Positions 28,239 through 43,200 of a stretch of 64,000 bases of DNA are shown here, piece after piece. The notes below the pieces were generated by a model. The model was not told where the DNA came from. It did not search any database and was given only the letters and a program-made list of their open reading frames with translations. The stretch is from Candidatus Omnitrophota bacterium (GTDB taxonomy: Bacteria; Omnitrophota; Omnitrophia; Omnitrophales; JACROU01). The first letter of the stretch is position 1. Each line of letters starts with the position of its first letter. The stretch is taken from NCBI GenBank assembly GCA_029261035.1, contig JAJDCD010000008.1:34313-98312 (forward strand). Direction: 5' to 3'. The position numbers and the translations under genes were made by a program.

Positions 28239-31200
28239 TTACGCTGCTTGTGCAACAAGTCGTTCTGCTTCAATAGATAATCTTAAATTTTCTAGCAAAT
28301 CAAAAACAAGATGACTTCCCTCTAATCGAATACCCTTAACACCTAAAGTATCTTCAAACCACTCAGGATGAATCACAACACCATCGCTAGCAACTTTGGC
28401 TCTAGCTAAAACTAATTTAAATACAAAGGCAGCTAAACCTTCCCTGATTTCCCCATCCGCCTTTGAGTAACTCGCTGTCATATACTCTTCAGGTATTTTA
28501 GATTCCATCTCTCCCCATACGCCCTCAGTCATTATTCCAATTTTCAGACTATCAGAACGATCACTAAAAGTTTGTCTTCTAGCTTGTTTTTTAACAAAGC
28601 GAATATTAGTTTTTCCGTGAAGAACAGATCCTTTCCTCATCCATTCTGAAGCTTTAATCCTCTCATCATGATCTCTGGGGTTATATAGAATATATAACTG
28701 ATCTCTCTCTTTCATTTGCTGTATCCATTCTGGAAACGACTTCATGAGCCCTTCAAAAGAACTTAAATCTAAAATCACATCTACAACCTGATCCCCTATA
28801 AAAATATCTGAGTAATTCACCTTAATCTGATCCAAATCTCTTCTATCAACACTCCACATCAAAGTTGCTATCTCCATCGCACGAGTGAGAACCTCAGGCA
28901 TTTCCCGAGTAGATTGATATAACTGCCAAAAAGAACGTTTATACTCCTTACTTAGCTGAACTCCAAGAGCTGTTTCCAAATATTCAGCCAATAAAACTTC
29001 AGAAGAAAAATCTTCTTGCAGCAAGTGCGTTAACACAACATCCAATGAGAGAGTTTCACCTAAACTTCTGGCCAAGACTTCTCTATCAAGCCAAGGAGAT
29101 TCATCTTCTGGCACCACAAGTGTTTCAGAGGATTGACTCACTGCAAAAAATAGCTTGTTCAGTTGTTGAAACAAAACCTCCCAATCATCAGCACCATGTC
29201 TCTCAAAAACTTCTAATACCTCTTCAATTTTTCTAAAATCTTTATTCATTCCAATCTTTCCCAGAACTAACATCATTTTTCTTTTAGCTTCTTCAGAAAT
29301 ATCGTTTCTACTAAAGATTATCGTTAGAACCTCTTTTATTTGGGTCTCAATATTTTTTATTTGATTTTCATTAAACTCTAAAGGAATTTGGTATAAAAAG
29401 AAATAAGCTAAAAACAACCATTCTTTTGCTGTAGTGAACAAGTTTAAAAGATCCATACGGATGATATTTCCATTCAATCTTCCCTTACTAATACCGCTAC
29501 TTAAACTATTAAGAATATTTAAATAATTCCCTGGTAAGAATAAAAGAGCCCACTCTTTCTTAAAAAAATAATTATTTAACTCTGAATCGGATAATAGATA
29601 AAATTGGTTTAAAGCATACATCCAATTTTCTTCATTTAAACCTACAAATAATTCTATTAAATCAATATCCGCAAAGAGATTTTTTTCTGGGTTACTAATA
29701 GCCTCAGTAATAATCTTTTTAAATTCTAATGCTTCAAAATGAACAGGCGTTGATCGGGGCATTTTTCGAATCATTTCTAAGTAAATCATGATCCAACGTT
29801 CTATAAATTTTTCATCCATATTGGGATTTGCTTCTAAAAATGAAAAGAAAACATCCTTATAAACAGCCTGTGTCACAACGGGGTATTTCAGTTCAAACTC
29901 TTCAAATGAGAGTCCTAAACGTTCTGGTAAAATAGACGCTTCATAATCTTCTTCAAACCCTAAACTTTGACCTTGAATAGTTTCAAGATTGTTTTTGGTC
30001 AATTCAGCTGAAACTCCAATAACCCCGCCCAAACTAGTGGCATCCACAATTTCCCGACCCGATCCACTTAAGCTAGAACTTCCTCCTCTGGCTCCAGGAG
30101 AATAAACACCTTGTATAATATTGGATAAAACTTTCTTCATTGTTTCTGGCAATTTTGAAAGCTCGTTGTCTTTGAGTGAAAAGGAGAATTGAGACCCATA
30201 CACTTCTATCACATCCTCTGTTCCGGTCCCTAAACCTATACCAACATAATCCACAACAGAACCACCGACTCTTCCATTCTTCTTTCTTAACTCTTCCAAA
30301 AAGGCCATTACTTGATCTCTTGTACCCATACCATCTGTAATGACAAATACGTAGTGACGCTCTCCACCTACTTTTTGAATATCTTCCATTGATTTAAGAA
30401 TCGCGCTAAAGTCATCAGTGCCTCCATGAGCACCAATAGATCGGTATAAATCTTCTATTAAATATTCTTTTTCTCTTCGCGTTCCGTAAGACTGAGGCAC
30501 CGCATCAGCACCCTCTCTTAAGTCTTCTGGCTCTGTTTTTTGTCCCTTAAAACGCTTATGAAGGTGCGTTGAGCTACCAAAGCCTCGAACGGCAAAATCA
30601 ATACCAAGGTTTTGCAACGTTTCCATAAACACCACAGCTCCTTTAAGGGCGTTGTAACCCGCCATCCCTGCATGGGTGGGTTTATTGGCCTCAGAGTCTG
30701 CTGGAGTCCCTGACATACTGCCACTTTGGTCAATGAGCAGGGTGAATTTAATATCCTTCTTCTGTGGTAACACCTTTTGCTTATAGAACCTCATGTCCAC
30801 AAAGCCTCGAGCCATCGAATTCATTAACCGCCTAATATCAATGCGGCCTTTTTTCATTCCCGTAACTTCTTTAGGTCTTAAGGAGTTTTGAATCAAATCT
30901 CTTAAGTAGCCCGTTAAAGTCATAATAGTTCCTCCTAACCAACCCATCAGGTTGTCTCTTAGAGACCTAGGCTCGTTAATAGAAGCATCTTTCATAGCAT
31001 CTTGGTAATCTGTAGAATCTTCTTTAGTTCTATCTTTGGCATTTCCTGCAGCACCTTTTTTAATTTCATCTACTATCTTTGATTTATCTTTTTCTCCCAA
31101 AGCTTCCCAAATCTTTTTCCAATCCTTATCTGAAATTTTCTTTTTGCGCTTATCTTTAATTTTCCCTTCCACTGTCGCTCCCTCGCCTGAAGAATCTCCT

Positions 31201-34200
31201 GTAGAAGGTTGCTCAGGCATATCCCCTTCAATAATTAAATCTCCTTTAATTGTGATCTTTCCTTTGCTCGGTTTCCCTCCAGGAGGAGCTCCTGGCCCTA
31301 TATGAACATCTCCTTCGATAATAAGGTCTCCATCCCCAGACTCTCCTTCACCCTCTCCCTGCCCTTGCCCTTGACCTTGACCTTGACCCTGCCCTTGACC
31401 ACCCTTACCTTTATCTTTTTTCTGATTTTCCTGAGCATCTCGAACAGCCCATTTATAAACAACGGGCATAACAATGTCTTTGATCATCTCACCTTGTTCA
31501 CGAGCTAATTCTATTATTTTCACGTCCCCCTCTCTAAGTTCCGACTGAAAACGAGGAAGTCCTACATCGTCAAAGGTAACCGGAATCTTCGCGAATACAC
31601 TTCTCATTTGTGCTCGTTGATATTTACCTAGAATTTCATCTCTGTCTCCACCTTTATAGTGGTATCGATCCTTATCCCATGTCCCAAAAACTCCCGTAGC
31701 CAACAATTTCTCAACATCCTTTCTAAGGTCCGCATCCTTCTCACCAATAATTTCTAAAATTCTTGGGAACTTATCCTTAGAATCATCAAAATCTCCTCTT
31801 TTTGCTAACCACAACATTAGATTACTTAAGATGGATGAATAACTATGGTCTGTCTTAAATAGCTGTTCAACATCTTCCGTCCTAAACACAGCCTCATCAT
31901 TCATTCGTTTCAAAAAACGTGCGGCTCCTTTAAAACGTAATTTTGCCCAGTTCTCTATTCGACCATCTTCAATTATGTTGAATACGGTAGCTCCTAAAGA
32001 TGTATCTTTTAGAAATTCATAAAAAAGAGAAGAGTACCAAGTAGCATAGCGATGCATTGCTTCATGAATCGCTGTTCCTAGTACAGACTCTAAACTTTCC
32101 TCCATTAGAGCGCTTGCCGGAACAATCACCATGTTTTTACCTCTGTTAAATGCCCAATTCGCATCTTTTCCTGTTCTCACTTCTACATTCACTGTTCCTT
32201 TACTTACAGTTTCAAATGCTTGAACAAATATTTCAGCACGCTGTTCAGCACCCATCAACTTCCACCGACTGTCATCCGGTAAATCTTCTAATTCATCTGC
32301 ATTTTCTAATTCTTGGAAGGGGCGGTCACTCAAGACATCCATAGAAGCCATAAGCACCTCTTCTGGGTCCTTTAATGAACTCGATTCTGAATCTAATGAA
32401 GTCATAGAAGGCTGAATCATTTGAGGCTCTAATTCCGATCTCTGTTCAGGACTTTTAGGATCTGAAGGCTCTTCTAAAAGAACAACATCTTCTTGCTCAT
32501 CCAAATTAATTTCTTTGGACTGAACCAGTTTAAGTACACGTCCCACCAAAGACTGAATTCCTCCTAACATTATTTGATACATCTCATCCCTTCTTCGTTG
32601 ACTCCGAACCCAAACTTCTCTAAAACGACTCCTTAAAGCTGGAGACAACCCTACGCGCCCTGCATTCATCCCTGTACGACCTTCTGCAGGGTTCATTGTC
32701 CCAAACAATCTAAAATTAGGGTGGATATTTACATAAACACCTCCTTTTTCCAATATGCTCATCGTCCCACGATCAAAATATTCATTCAAAACTTCAATAA
32801 CACCTGCATCAGCCATGTTAATTTCTTCTAATACAAGAGCATACCCTCTTTCCATTGCTTGAATTAATACTCCTTTTTTAAATTCCATAGTCCCTGTGGA
32901 TTCATCTAAAACAAAACTCCCTATCAAACTTTCAATCGTAGCCGCTCCTAAGGATACGGACATATAAGGCCAATAAAGTTCACGAGCAATGTCCCCAATC
33001 ATTTCTGTTTTTCCACCACCCGAATGCCCTGTTAGGAGTACAGGCTTTGATTTATGAATCTCCACAGTCGAACCTTCACTATCTCTTACCTTTACAGTGC
33101 CTCCATCTCTAAAACCTTTTAATATTTGAGACCTCACATTACCCATAGATTTAATTTCCACCAATTTATCAATACGCTCTGCTTGAGAACGGAAATACTT
33201 GTCTATAACAGATTCTAAAATCAATTTATTCTCAGGAAGGTTTTGCAACATACCACCATAGAACTCTGAAATTATTTTTTTGTACCTTTCCTTCAAAGGA
33301 AGGTCACTATCCCTATCACGAACGGCTTCATCCATGACACGAGTCATAGAGCTGTCATCAATGGGGTTTAATCGGCCGCCTTCGTTTGAAACAAAAACCC
33401 CTTCCTGAATTAAAGCATTCACCTCAATATGGAAGGAATTTAACATATCATTTAAGTCTAATTTCTTTACCTTTACTCCATTTAACTCAATCCACTCCCC
33501 TAAATCATTTTGAGTTTGTCGAATTTTATAACCATCTATGTAAATATCTTCAAAAGCAACAACAGGCTTCAGATTACTAGTGACCGCTTTAGATGCTCTG
33601 CGAAAATCACTCATTTCAAGGGTTTTTGAACCCCTTTCAAAAAACAGTCTATTCCCTTCAATTAACTCTAAGCTGAAAGTTTGAAACCTTTCTAAAAAAG
33701 TCTTTTCATCCCCATCTCCACTAGACTCTTTTCGAAACATCAATCCAAAAGCTTGATTCGTTGAAAGAAAAAAGTCAGGGTTGACTGCTCTTAATTTCTC
33801 CTCCTGACTTTCAAGGTACCGAAATTTTAAATCTGGATCAACATCACTTTTTGAGTCATCCCATTCAATACTTCTTAGTAAATTCAAGGCCCCTTCTACT
33901 TCTAACGCAAAATTAGCTGCTTGTTTTTCAATAATTTCTTCAATTGATACTTCAGCTCTACCATCATCCGATTTCATTACTTCTTGAAAAGCATTATTAT
34001 TTTCTAAACTTTCATCGAAAGACTGAATTAAGAAACGCTCAAATAAAGCATTAAGTTTATTGATATTATTATTGCGGAACGGGTCATCTGAATTTGTTTG
34101 TGATAATAATCCATAATATTCTTGATATCCTGTCTTAAGAATTAAATCAAACAAAGACTCTTCTTCAGACCCTTCTTTAGAATATTGCAAAGCATCATGA

Positions 34201-37200
34201 ATAATTCTTTCTAAATTGCGAATAGAAAAACGGTATGATTGATCTGCATTAAAAGAGTCAAAGTACCCCTGCATACTCTTTTTATTCAACTCTATTTGAA
34301 ATTTCACAAACTCCCCTAATTGACGATATCGAATACCTTTTTTTGATAAATCATACTTTTTCATTAAAATTATGGTCATTTCTTCAACGCTCATGTCTCT
34401 AACGTGATGAATCTCAAAACGATTCATAAACGCTTCACTCATTCGATTTCGCCCCACATAATTAGACGGATTTCCACTCACAATAAGCTGAAACCCTTCA
34501 CCTGGATAAATCTTCTTACCTTGAAACTCCACATACCCTAATGTTAATAGCTGATAAAGCACTCCTATAGATTCTTCATTCGCTAAATTTACTTCATCTA
34601 ATAAAACAACATCTCCACGCTCGTACGCCTCCAAAAAAGCTCCTTTTTTAAAAATTAGCTCAATTCCAGTCAGCCCGTTAATAAGTAAAACAGAAAGGTC
34701 CAAAAGCTTTTTCTTAGCATTTAAATCAATTCCTCTAACCCCTGATCTCAGCAAATACTTTAAAATATACAACTCAATCAATTGCTCACTAGTGGTTTCT
34801 TTGGGTATCAAATCTCTTAAATGAAGCCTCATTTCATCTTCTGATATTTTAAGTTTTTTTAACGCCCTTTCTAAGCGGACATACTCTTTCTTCTCTAAGG
34901 CTTCCAGCAACACTTCCGTTGCTTTCCCTTCATCCATATCTATTTCTACAGGATGAAAACTACCGAACAAGTCATATTCATCCGTACGTCGGTTCATCTG
35001 AATTCTTGTCAGACGATTTCCTGACACATGAGCCACCAACTCAGCCATGGTCGATTTTCCACCAGCAGTTTCCCCCAACAACATGAGCGGATGATATTTT
35101 TTTCCATTAAATTTCGTTATAGTGACGCCGCTTCCGTGCTCCATCACATCCATTATTTGCGACATCAAAGCCTTACTTTCCTCTGTTAAAATAAATCCCC
35201 TTTCTTTTAAGACAACTTTTTCAAGACGGGCAACGACTTTGGAGCCACGAGAAACAACCCAAACATCACCTTCATCCTTCCATTCAAAAAAAGGAGAACC
35301 CAAATCTAAATCAGATGCAACATCCTTTTTAAAGACACTCCTATCGTCATCGTTGTTTAGCCTTAAATAATAGATTCTATTAACAGCATGTCTCAAGGCT
35401 TCGTCTTCAGAAACTCCATTTTGAATATCTCTAGAAATTACATCCACAATCCTGGAGACATCTCTTAAACTAGTAACATACCCTTCATTATTTTGAGTCC
35501 CTATCCTTCCTTCTTCCAAAGCTTTTTCAAATCCAGAGTAAATAGTGTAAATACGATTAACAATAGAGGAACTCACATTCGTTTGCCGATTGGAGAATTT
35601 TTTAAGAATAATATCTTGAACTTCTTTTTTAGATTTTTTATGAGAAACCCACACTTCATTAAATCGACTGCGAATAGCAGGCGACAAACCTACACGACCG
35701 CCACTAGCACTACTAATTCCCTGTTCCGGATTCATTGTTGCAAATAATCGGAAATTAGGATGTATCTTTACTTTTTCACCTGTCAAAGGATTTGTAAAAG
35801 TACCTTCATCAAAATATTCATTTAAAATTTCAATTAATCCAGACGTAGCCATATTCACTTCTTCAATAACAAAAATCGCACCCTCTTCCATTGCCTGAAT
35901 CAAAGCTCCAGGAACGTAATGCATTCTTTTAGTGTCTTCCTCCATTTCAAAGCCACCCACCAAACTTTCTAAATTAGCATTACCAAAAGAAATACTTCGG
36001 TACTTCCAACGCAAGCGGCGAGCCAAATCTCCAATCATTTCCGTCTTTCCACCTCCTGTTTGTCCCACGAGCATCACTGTAGACTTAGGGTCCATAAGTC
36101 CTTTAGCAATTGCATATTGAATTCGGTTCGTTTCTTTGCCTTCAGCAAGCTCTTCAATAATATCCGCCTCACTCGAGCCCTTTGGAAGATCATCATAAGA
36201 TCTTGTAGGAATAAATAGATCACCCATCCTTAACCCTTTGGGTGTATTTTCTTTCTGAGGAGATTCTGGCACTTCAAATTTAGGGAAATATTCTGCGGAA
36301 GTAAATAATACTTCAAGACGTTTAATATCTTCATCATCTCGACCTAAGATACTGCGGTAATTCATATAAGCTTCTCTTAGTAAAATCTGAGGCGAAGGAG
36401 GGGATGAATCGCTAGAAACCAATACCATCTGAGTATCTTTAACGATTTTCTTTATATTTCTTAATGTAAATTGATATGCTTTAGATGGATCCGAAGAATC
36501 CATATTAGAAAACTCCCCTTCCCGTATAGCTCTATTTACTTCCTTTTGAAATAAAGCTAAACGCTTAAAAGCACTTTCTAAACCCAAACTATATTGCTCC
36601 CATTCCCAGACGCTCGTGTTTTTAATTTCACTCGATATAATTTCCGTCATCTCTTCAGGTGTCATATTCGGAATATGATGAATTTCAAATCGGTTCATCA
36701 TAGCCTCTCCTAACTGATTTCTACCTGCATAGGTTGCTGGATTTGCAGTTGCAATAAATTTAAAACCCTTAGCCGGTCTGATTTTTTGAATTTTCTTAGT
36801 TTGCCTATCATAATACTCCACATAGCCCAAGGTTAATAATTGATACAAAACACCCAACACTTCAGGGCTAGCCAAATTGATCTCGTCTAAAACGACAACA
36901 TCTCCATTTTTGATAGACTTAAGCAAACGACCTTCTCTAAATTCAAGGTCTATATTCATAGACCCATTTTTTAAAATAAATGCGACATTCATAACCTTTC
37001 TTCTAGCAGCTTTTTTCTCTTGTGACTCTGTTCCAGATAAAGCATTTCCCAACCAACCTTTAAGCTCCTCCATCGTCTCCATATCAATTTCGTCTTTAGC
37101 CTGATACAAAGCTGTTTTAGATGAAGCTCTTCTAATTTGATCTACATCCATCTCCCCATGTTTCAATAGACTCATACTTTTTCTTAACTTCACCCAATCC

Positions 37201-40200
37201 TTGCGACTCATTGAGTTCATCAATATTCTATACGCTTCCTCAAAAGACAAGTCCACTTCTCTTGGCTCATAACTTCCAAAAAGATCCAATTCATCTATTC
37301 GCTCATTCATCTGAATTCGGGTATAACTCTGCCCCAAAAGATTGACAGCTGCATATTTCGCTAGAGAACTTTTACCTCCTGCAGTTTCTCCCATCAAAAG
37401 AGTTGGATTAAATTTATGAGCCTCAACGTCATTCGATGAAAGAGATAGTGTGGCTAAAAGACTCATTAAATTAGCTTTTGTTTGTGGACTTTCAACTAAT
37501 TGAGAATCTTTCACAATCACATTCAACCTTCTTTCAATCTCTTCCTCTGATAACGCAACATCGCTTTCTTCTATAATTTGTTGCCTCAAACTTTTGCTTA
37601 ATTGACTCAAATCAAATTGAGCAACTTTTACTCTTACTTTATTGTGAATTCCATAAACATTAAGAGCTCTATTCTCCCCACTCTCCACTACTTCATAATT
37701 CAACGAGTCTAAATTAACATTCTCTATACCTATGTTTGGGAATAAGGTTTCCAAGAGTTCTCCATCACTTTTTTCAAAAATACGGGACTGGTACACTCTT
37801 TTAATCGCTAAGGATAATGCCACATTCTCAGATTGGTTGAGCTCTTGAATCCCGTAGCTCATACCATAGATAATTCTTGTTAAATCTCTAATACTTGTAT
37901 AGTAAATATCAGATAAACGATTGCCGAAGAATCTTTTGTAATTTAAATAAAAATCAACAATACGTTCCACGGTTTTCTTTTCAATATTCTGAATCGCATT
38001 TTCACCCATGAGACCTTTTTGCTGAAACCTACCCTCAACAATTTCAATCAATTCTGAGCGAGTTTTTTCATGAGGAACCCAAACTTCTCTAAATCTATTT
38101 CTTAATGCCGGAGATAAGCTCACCCTTCCCGTATTCTCTCCAGAAACTCCTTCGATCGGATTCATTGTTGCCATCAACCTAAAATTATGATGGATATTAA
38201 CTCGCTCTCCTGTAAAAGGATTTGTAAAAGTCCCTTCATCAAAATACTCGTTTAAAATTTCTAATATGCCAGACTTAGCCATATTTAACTCTTCCAGAAC
38301 AAGTATATTCCCTTCTTCCATTGCTTGAATTAAGATCCCTGGACGATAAATAAATCGATGTTCCGCACGATCATATTCCATGGTTCCTATTAAGGTTTCT
38401 AAAGTAGCATCTCCCAAAGATACAGAGATATAATCCCAATTTAACTTATAAGCCAAATCGGCTATCATTTCACTTTTTCCACCTCCCGATTGCCCCACCA
38501 TTAAAACGGGCTCATTACGCCTAAGACCCTTTGCAATTTGGTACTGAATAGCCTTTGTAGATGACGTCTGGATCAAAGGTGGCACGACTCTTTCCGTTGG
38601 CTCTTCTGAATTAACCTGCGTAGAAATTCCTCCAATAACGAGTGATTCCGACTCTATATACTCGTAATCATCAAATTGAGTTAAGGAAGTCTCAATCATT
38701 TCATCAAAATCCTTAATCGTAAGGCCCAAATGAACCGAAAAAATAGTACGAATATTCTGAAAATCCGAATCTCCAGGAATTAGCCTCTGTCTTTTCCCTC
38801 CTTCAACTTCAGGATCTTCAATTTCTATTGTCTTACCCGAAAGATCTTCCATGCTATCTAAGTACCGTGGAGAACGAATTAAAATATTGGCATACTCACG
38901 ATAAGCAGCAGTAATCCATACCTGTTCATCAATGACAACTCCTTGCTCCTTTAGCTCTTTAACATCTTGATAAATTCTCAACAAATTTCTCATAGTAAAA
39001 ACATAATTAGCATCCCTACCCATCCTAGGAAAGGAACCACTTAGCAATTTGCTGTTAATTGTATTTTGTATAGCCGCTAAATATTTAATTAAATCTTGGT
39101 TGACTCCAAATTCTTCCTTTAAAACCTGGTCAGGATCTCTGCCAAGATAATCTCGACTCACTAAGCCTTTAATAATATTTGCCATCTCATAATCAGGTAT
39201 GGAGTCAATATTTAATATTTCAAAACGGTTCATAAATGCTTCACTCATTCTATTTCTACCTTCATAACTAGATGGGTTTGCTGTAGCCATAAGACGAGCT
39301 ATCTTACCAGCCTCACCTTCTATAACCTTTCCATTGTATTCAATATATCCTAAAGTTAACATTTGATACAAAACACCCAACATTTCTTCATTCGCCAAAT
39401 TAACTTCATCCAACAGAATCAAATCGCCCCTTCGATAAGCATCTAAAAATCTTCCTTCTTGATAAACAAGTCCTACTTCATTGTTTAATATATAAGCTAA
39501 TGATTTAATTTTTCTTATTTCATCCCAAGCTTTTGTTCCTTTTTTAATACTGTCTTCACCTTGTTTTAAGTAATGAGAGCTTTGTCCAGTATAAATTGAA
39601 AGTAATTTTTTTATTTTATTAACCACCCACTCATTTTGATCTTTTAAACTCAGAGTTGTGATTCGCTCTCTTTCTAAAGGACTGGATACAAACGCTTGAA
39701 TAAAATCACCTCTTTTGCCTATCTTCATTCGAACCAAAGCATCCTCTAATGCATTTAGGTTATTACTCTCTAAGGCTTCTCTAATTACTTTATCCGCATC
39801 CTGTAAAGAAATTTTTATTTCTCTAGGTTGAAACGAGCCAAACAAATCAAATTCATCCGTTCTCTGATTCACCTGAATTCGAGTAAAGCCCACATTTAAA
39901 ATATGAGAAACAATACTCGCCACGGTTGTCTTTCCCCCCGAAGTGACACCAAACTCCAAAACGGGATTAAACTTCTCATCTTCTCCACCGTCTAGACCTT
40001 GAAGAACATGGGCAATTTGTCTTTTTGTTGTTTCATTCAAAATCACTTGGGGAAAAGCCTCTGATATAGGAACGGATATCATTCCAGAGTAAAGTAAGCG
40101 CTTCTCTTTTGGGACAATTTCACGCACTTCAAAACGATACTGATCATTACCCTCATCATCTTGATCAACGATTCGCACTGTTTTTTGGTAGGGGCGCCTA

Positions 40201-43200
40201 CGTTCATATATTTTAATCCGTACTTCACCTTCAATGATTTCTTCTTCAAAATCATAGATAAAATCCAAAGGGTCGTCCTCCGTTATCAATCGATGCTTAA
40301 TCATCAAATTTCTCACCTTTTGCTTATCATCCAAATTTAAGCGATTATAATATCGACGTCGTACAGCAGCAGATACTGCTTCACTAATATTCCCATCATC
40401 TTTGTAATAACTTTGAACCATACTCATGGTTTTTTTCAAATCTCTAAGACTCACAAAGAGTGTTTCATTGTTCTCCAAACCTATATCACTTCTCTCTAAA
40501 GCTTTTTCATAATCCACATGAAAATTCACAATAGAAATAAAATAACGAAACGTATAAAGTAGATCTTTTAAATTCTTTATAGAATCCCCTACCATTCCTT
40601 TATAAAGATCCATCGCTTCTCTTAATAAAGCAGACGTTCCATCTTTTGCTGTTCTTGAAATTTGGGAAATGATTTGTAAAATCTCTGTTTCTTCAGCACT
40701 TCCTTCTTCAATTTTGAAAAAATTTCTAAGACCACTTAAAGGAAGTCGGACAAAGTCTTCGACACCCATATTGGCCAGAATTACACCTAAAGTTCTAAAG
40801 CGCTCAATATCATTATGCACCATCCCTTTATAATCTTTTAAAATACGCATGAGCATCGTCTTCAACTTAATATCACCTAGCTTCCCAAATGGCAAATCCA
40901 CTCCATACGTTGATTTTGATATATCAGCAATAGCAGTTAACAATTGAAAATCTGTAGCATCTGGAAACATTTTTGATTTTATATAACTTAAACTGTTTTC
41001 GTAACCCTCTGGCCCTCTATTCATTAACCAATCAAACTCTTCCTTAGATCCAAATAGATAGATATAAGTTAATACTTTAAACCCTTCCATCCCATGCTCG
41101 TCTAAAACTTTTCTGAATTTAGTTCTTAATTTTTCATCATTAGCCCCACTTTCCTCTTTACCAAACAAAAATAGAGATATGACTTTTTGAAGCTCATAAA
41201 ATACATGATACAATTCCTTCTGAGATGCTCCTGAAGAAGTTAGAATTGCCGCTTTGGTTACATCGCGTAAGGCTAAAATATCAGGTTGAGGCCCCCATTT
41301 AGCTTCTACATCATCCGCCCAACCTTTTAGCATGTTTGGTAGCGGCTGATTGACACTGGTACTTTCTAAGTAATCTAAAAGGTAAAATTTATCTTTAATA
41401 ACATAATTCACAAGCAACTCAACATAAGGCTTTTGATACAAAAGATCTAAGTCATGAACAATATGTTTTTCAACTCTACGCAGAGAGTCTAACTTTCCTA
41501 AAAACATTTGATTCTCTGTATTAGCTAATTTATTTATATGAACAATTTTACTTAATGCAAAATCAATAATTTTAGAATGATACTGACTCACGTACCCACT
41601 TTTTTCATACTCATCCATATAAGTTCGTCCTAATATCGTTTTTATTAGAGCTACCACAGCCTCTTCTTGAGAAGAAGACATCTCAGAAATCACTTCACCA
41701 CCTTGAAAAAGCTCTATTAATAGAAAAAGGTTATCCCCAGCACTAAGGATTAACTTAAAAAAATGATCTTCCTTAGAAAAAATAGACTCCTCTGCTTCTG
41801 CAGATTGATAAAAGAGAAGTGTTTTTGAGAAAATATCGGGAAATTCTGAGTGTTGTTTAGATAAAGATACAATAATGCTCAAGACTTCATCCTTTCGGCT
41901 AGCAGGTACCCTATCCTTCGTTATCTCATTCAGTAATAATAGAGCATCCACATTTTGAGCTAGAACCTCTCTCAATTCCCCATCCAAATCTTCCCAAGCA
42001 ATATAAAGTCGCCCGGCACTCGAAATCCCTAATTCATCATATTTTTCTTTAGCTCCTAAACTTTGAGCTTCAGCATCTGCAACTGAAGACAATGAGAGCC
42101 AATCATCTTCACTTCGGACAGAAACTGTAGCTACTTGATTCTCTACTTCTGAGACCCATATTTGAGAAAGTTGAAATAATTTTTCATTCACGCTCACTAA
42201 CCCTATCTTGTCAATTTCTTCCAAAACACCCAACACTTCCATTGATTTTTTACGTGCTAGGAAATAGGGGTAACGGCCACCCTCTTCTTCATCCGTCTCT
42301 ATAGATTTGATGTTTTCATTTGTTAACAAGAACAATCTTTCCAATCTAACCAAATTTATAGGCACTTTTGATTCTCTAGTCTCAATAACATATTTTTCAT
42401 ATGCTTGATACACACGTTCTAATAAATTCAACAATTCTTCTTGAGACACATTAAAATTAATCCCTCCAAGCAAATGAGAAAATAAGAATCTGAAGAACGA
42501 CCTATTTTGCTCTGATAATTTCAACATAACCTTAGGGTTATTCTCATTGAATCTCCTCTGTAAATTCAATAAATGATTCAAAACTACTTGAGAATCCCAC
42601 CCTATATCCATATTTTGATTTGCTAATTCTAGTAAAAATGATTGAGGAAGACTCAGGGGGTGAAACTCTTGATACACTTCCTTAATTTGTTCAGGAGTAT
42701 ATGTAATGGCCTTCAAACGACCTTGGGTGTAAAGTTCAAATAAATTCACCAAAAACTCTGATTTTAAACGTGAACCGAATATCAAAATAAGGAATTGGAT
42801 ATCCATATATCCATCCATTAAAGATTCATAATCACCAACACTTTCAATTTTTTCTAACAAATCCAAAACAAGAGGGCCGTTTTCTGCATAGTCATCACCA
42901 AGTAATTTTCGCAAGTCATCCCAAAAGGTATTTTCAACAACCTCATCCATATCAACAAAGTACTCTATCATTTTTTTAAAATCCAGAATTCCAGTTCCGA
43001 AGTTATTTATAAATACATCAAACACTTTCATTTCAAACAAAATATCGAATCGAGAATCCTCATCAACCAAACTTTCAAGTATGCGAACATCCTCTAAAAT
43101 CTTATAAAAATGCCGTATTACATCTGTGTTAATATTTTCCGACACTGGAATTTTTTTATTTCTGTTTAATTTAGATTTTAAAGATTTTATATATTTAAAA

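Noticed and set aside
32053-32067. Calling the giant protein a metalloprotease from the single HExxH
   Set aside because: One short motif is insufficient. It is kept as a flagged hypothesis tied to the known HExxH+VWA partners of MoxR ATPases, not as an annotation.
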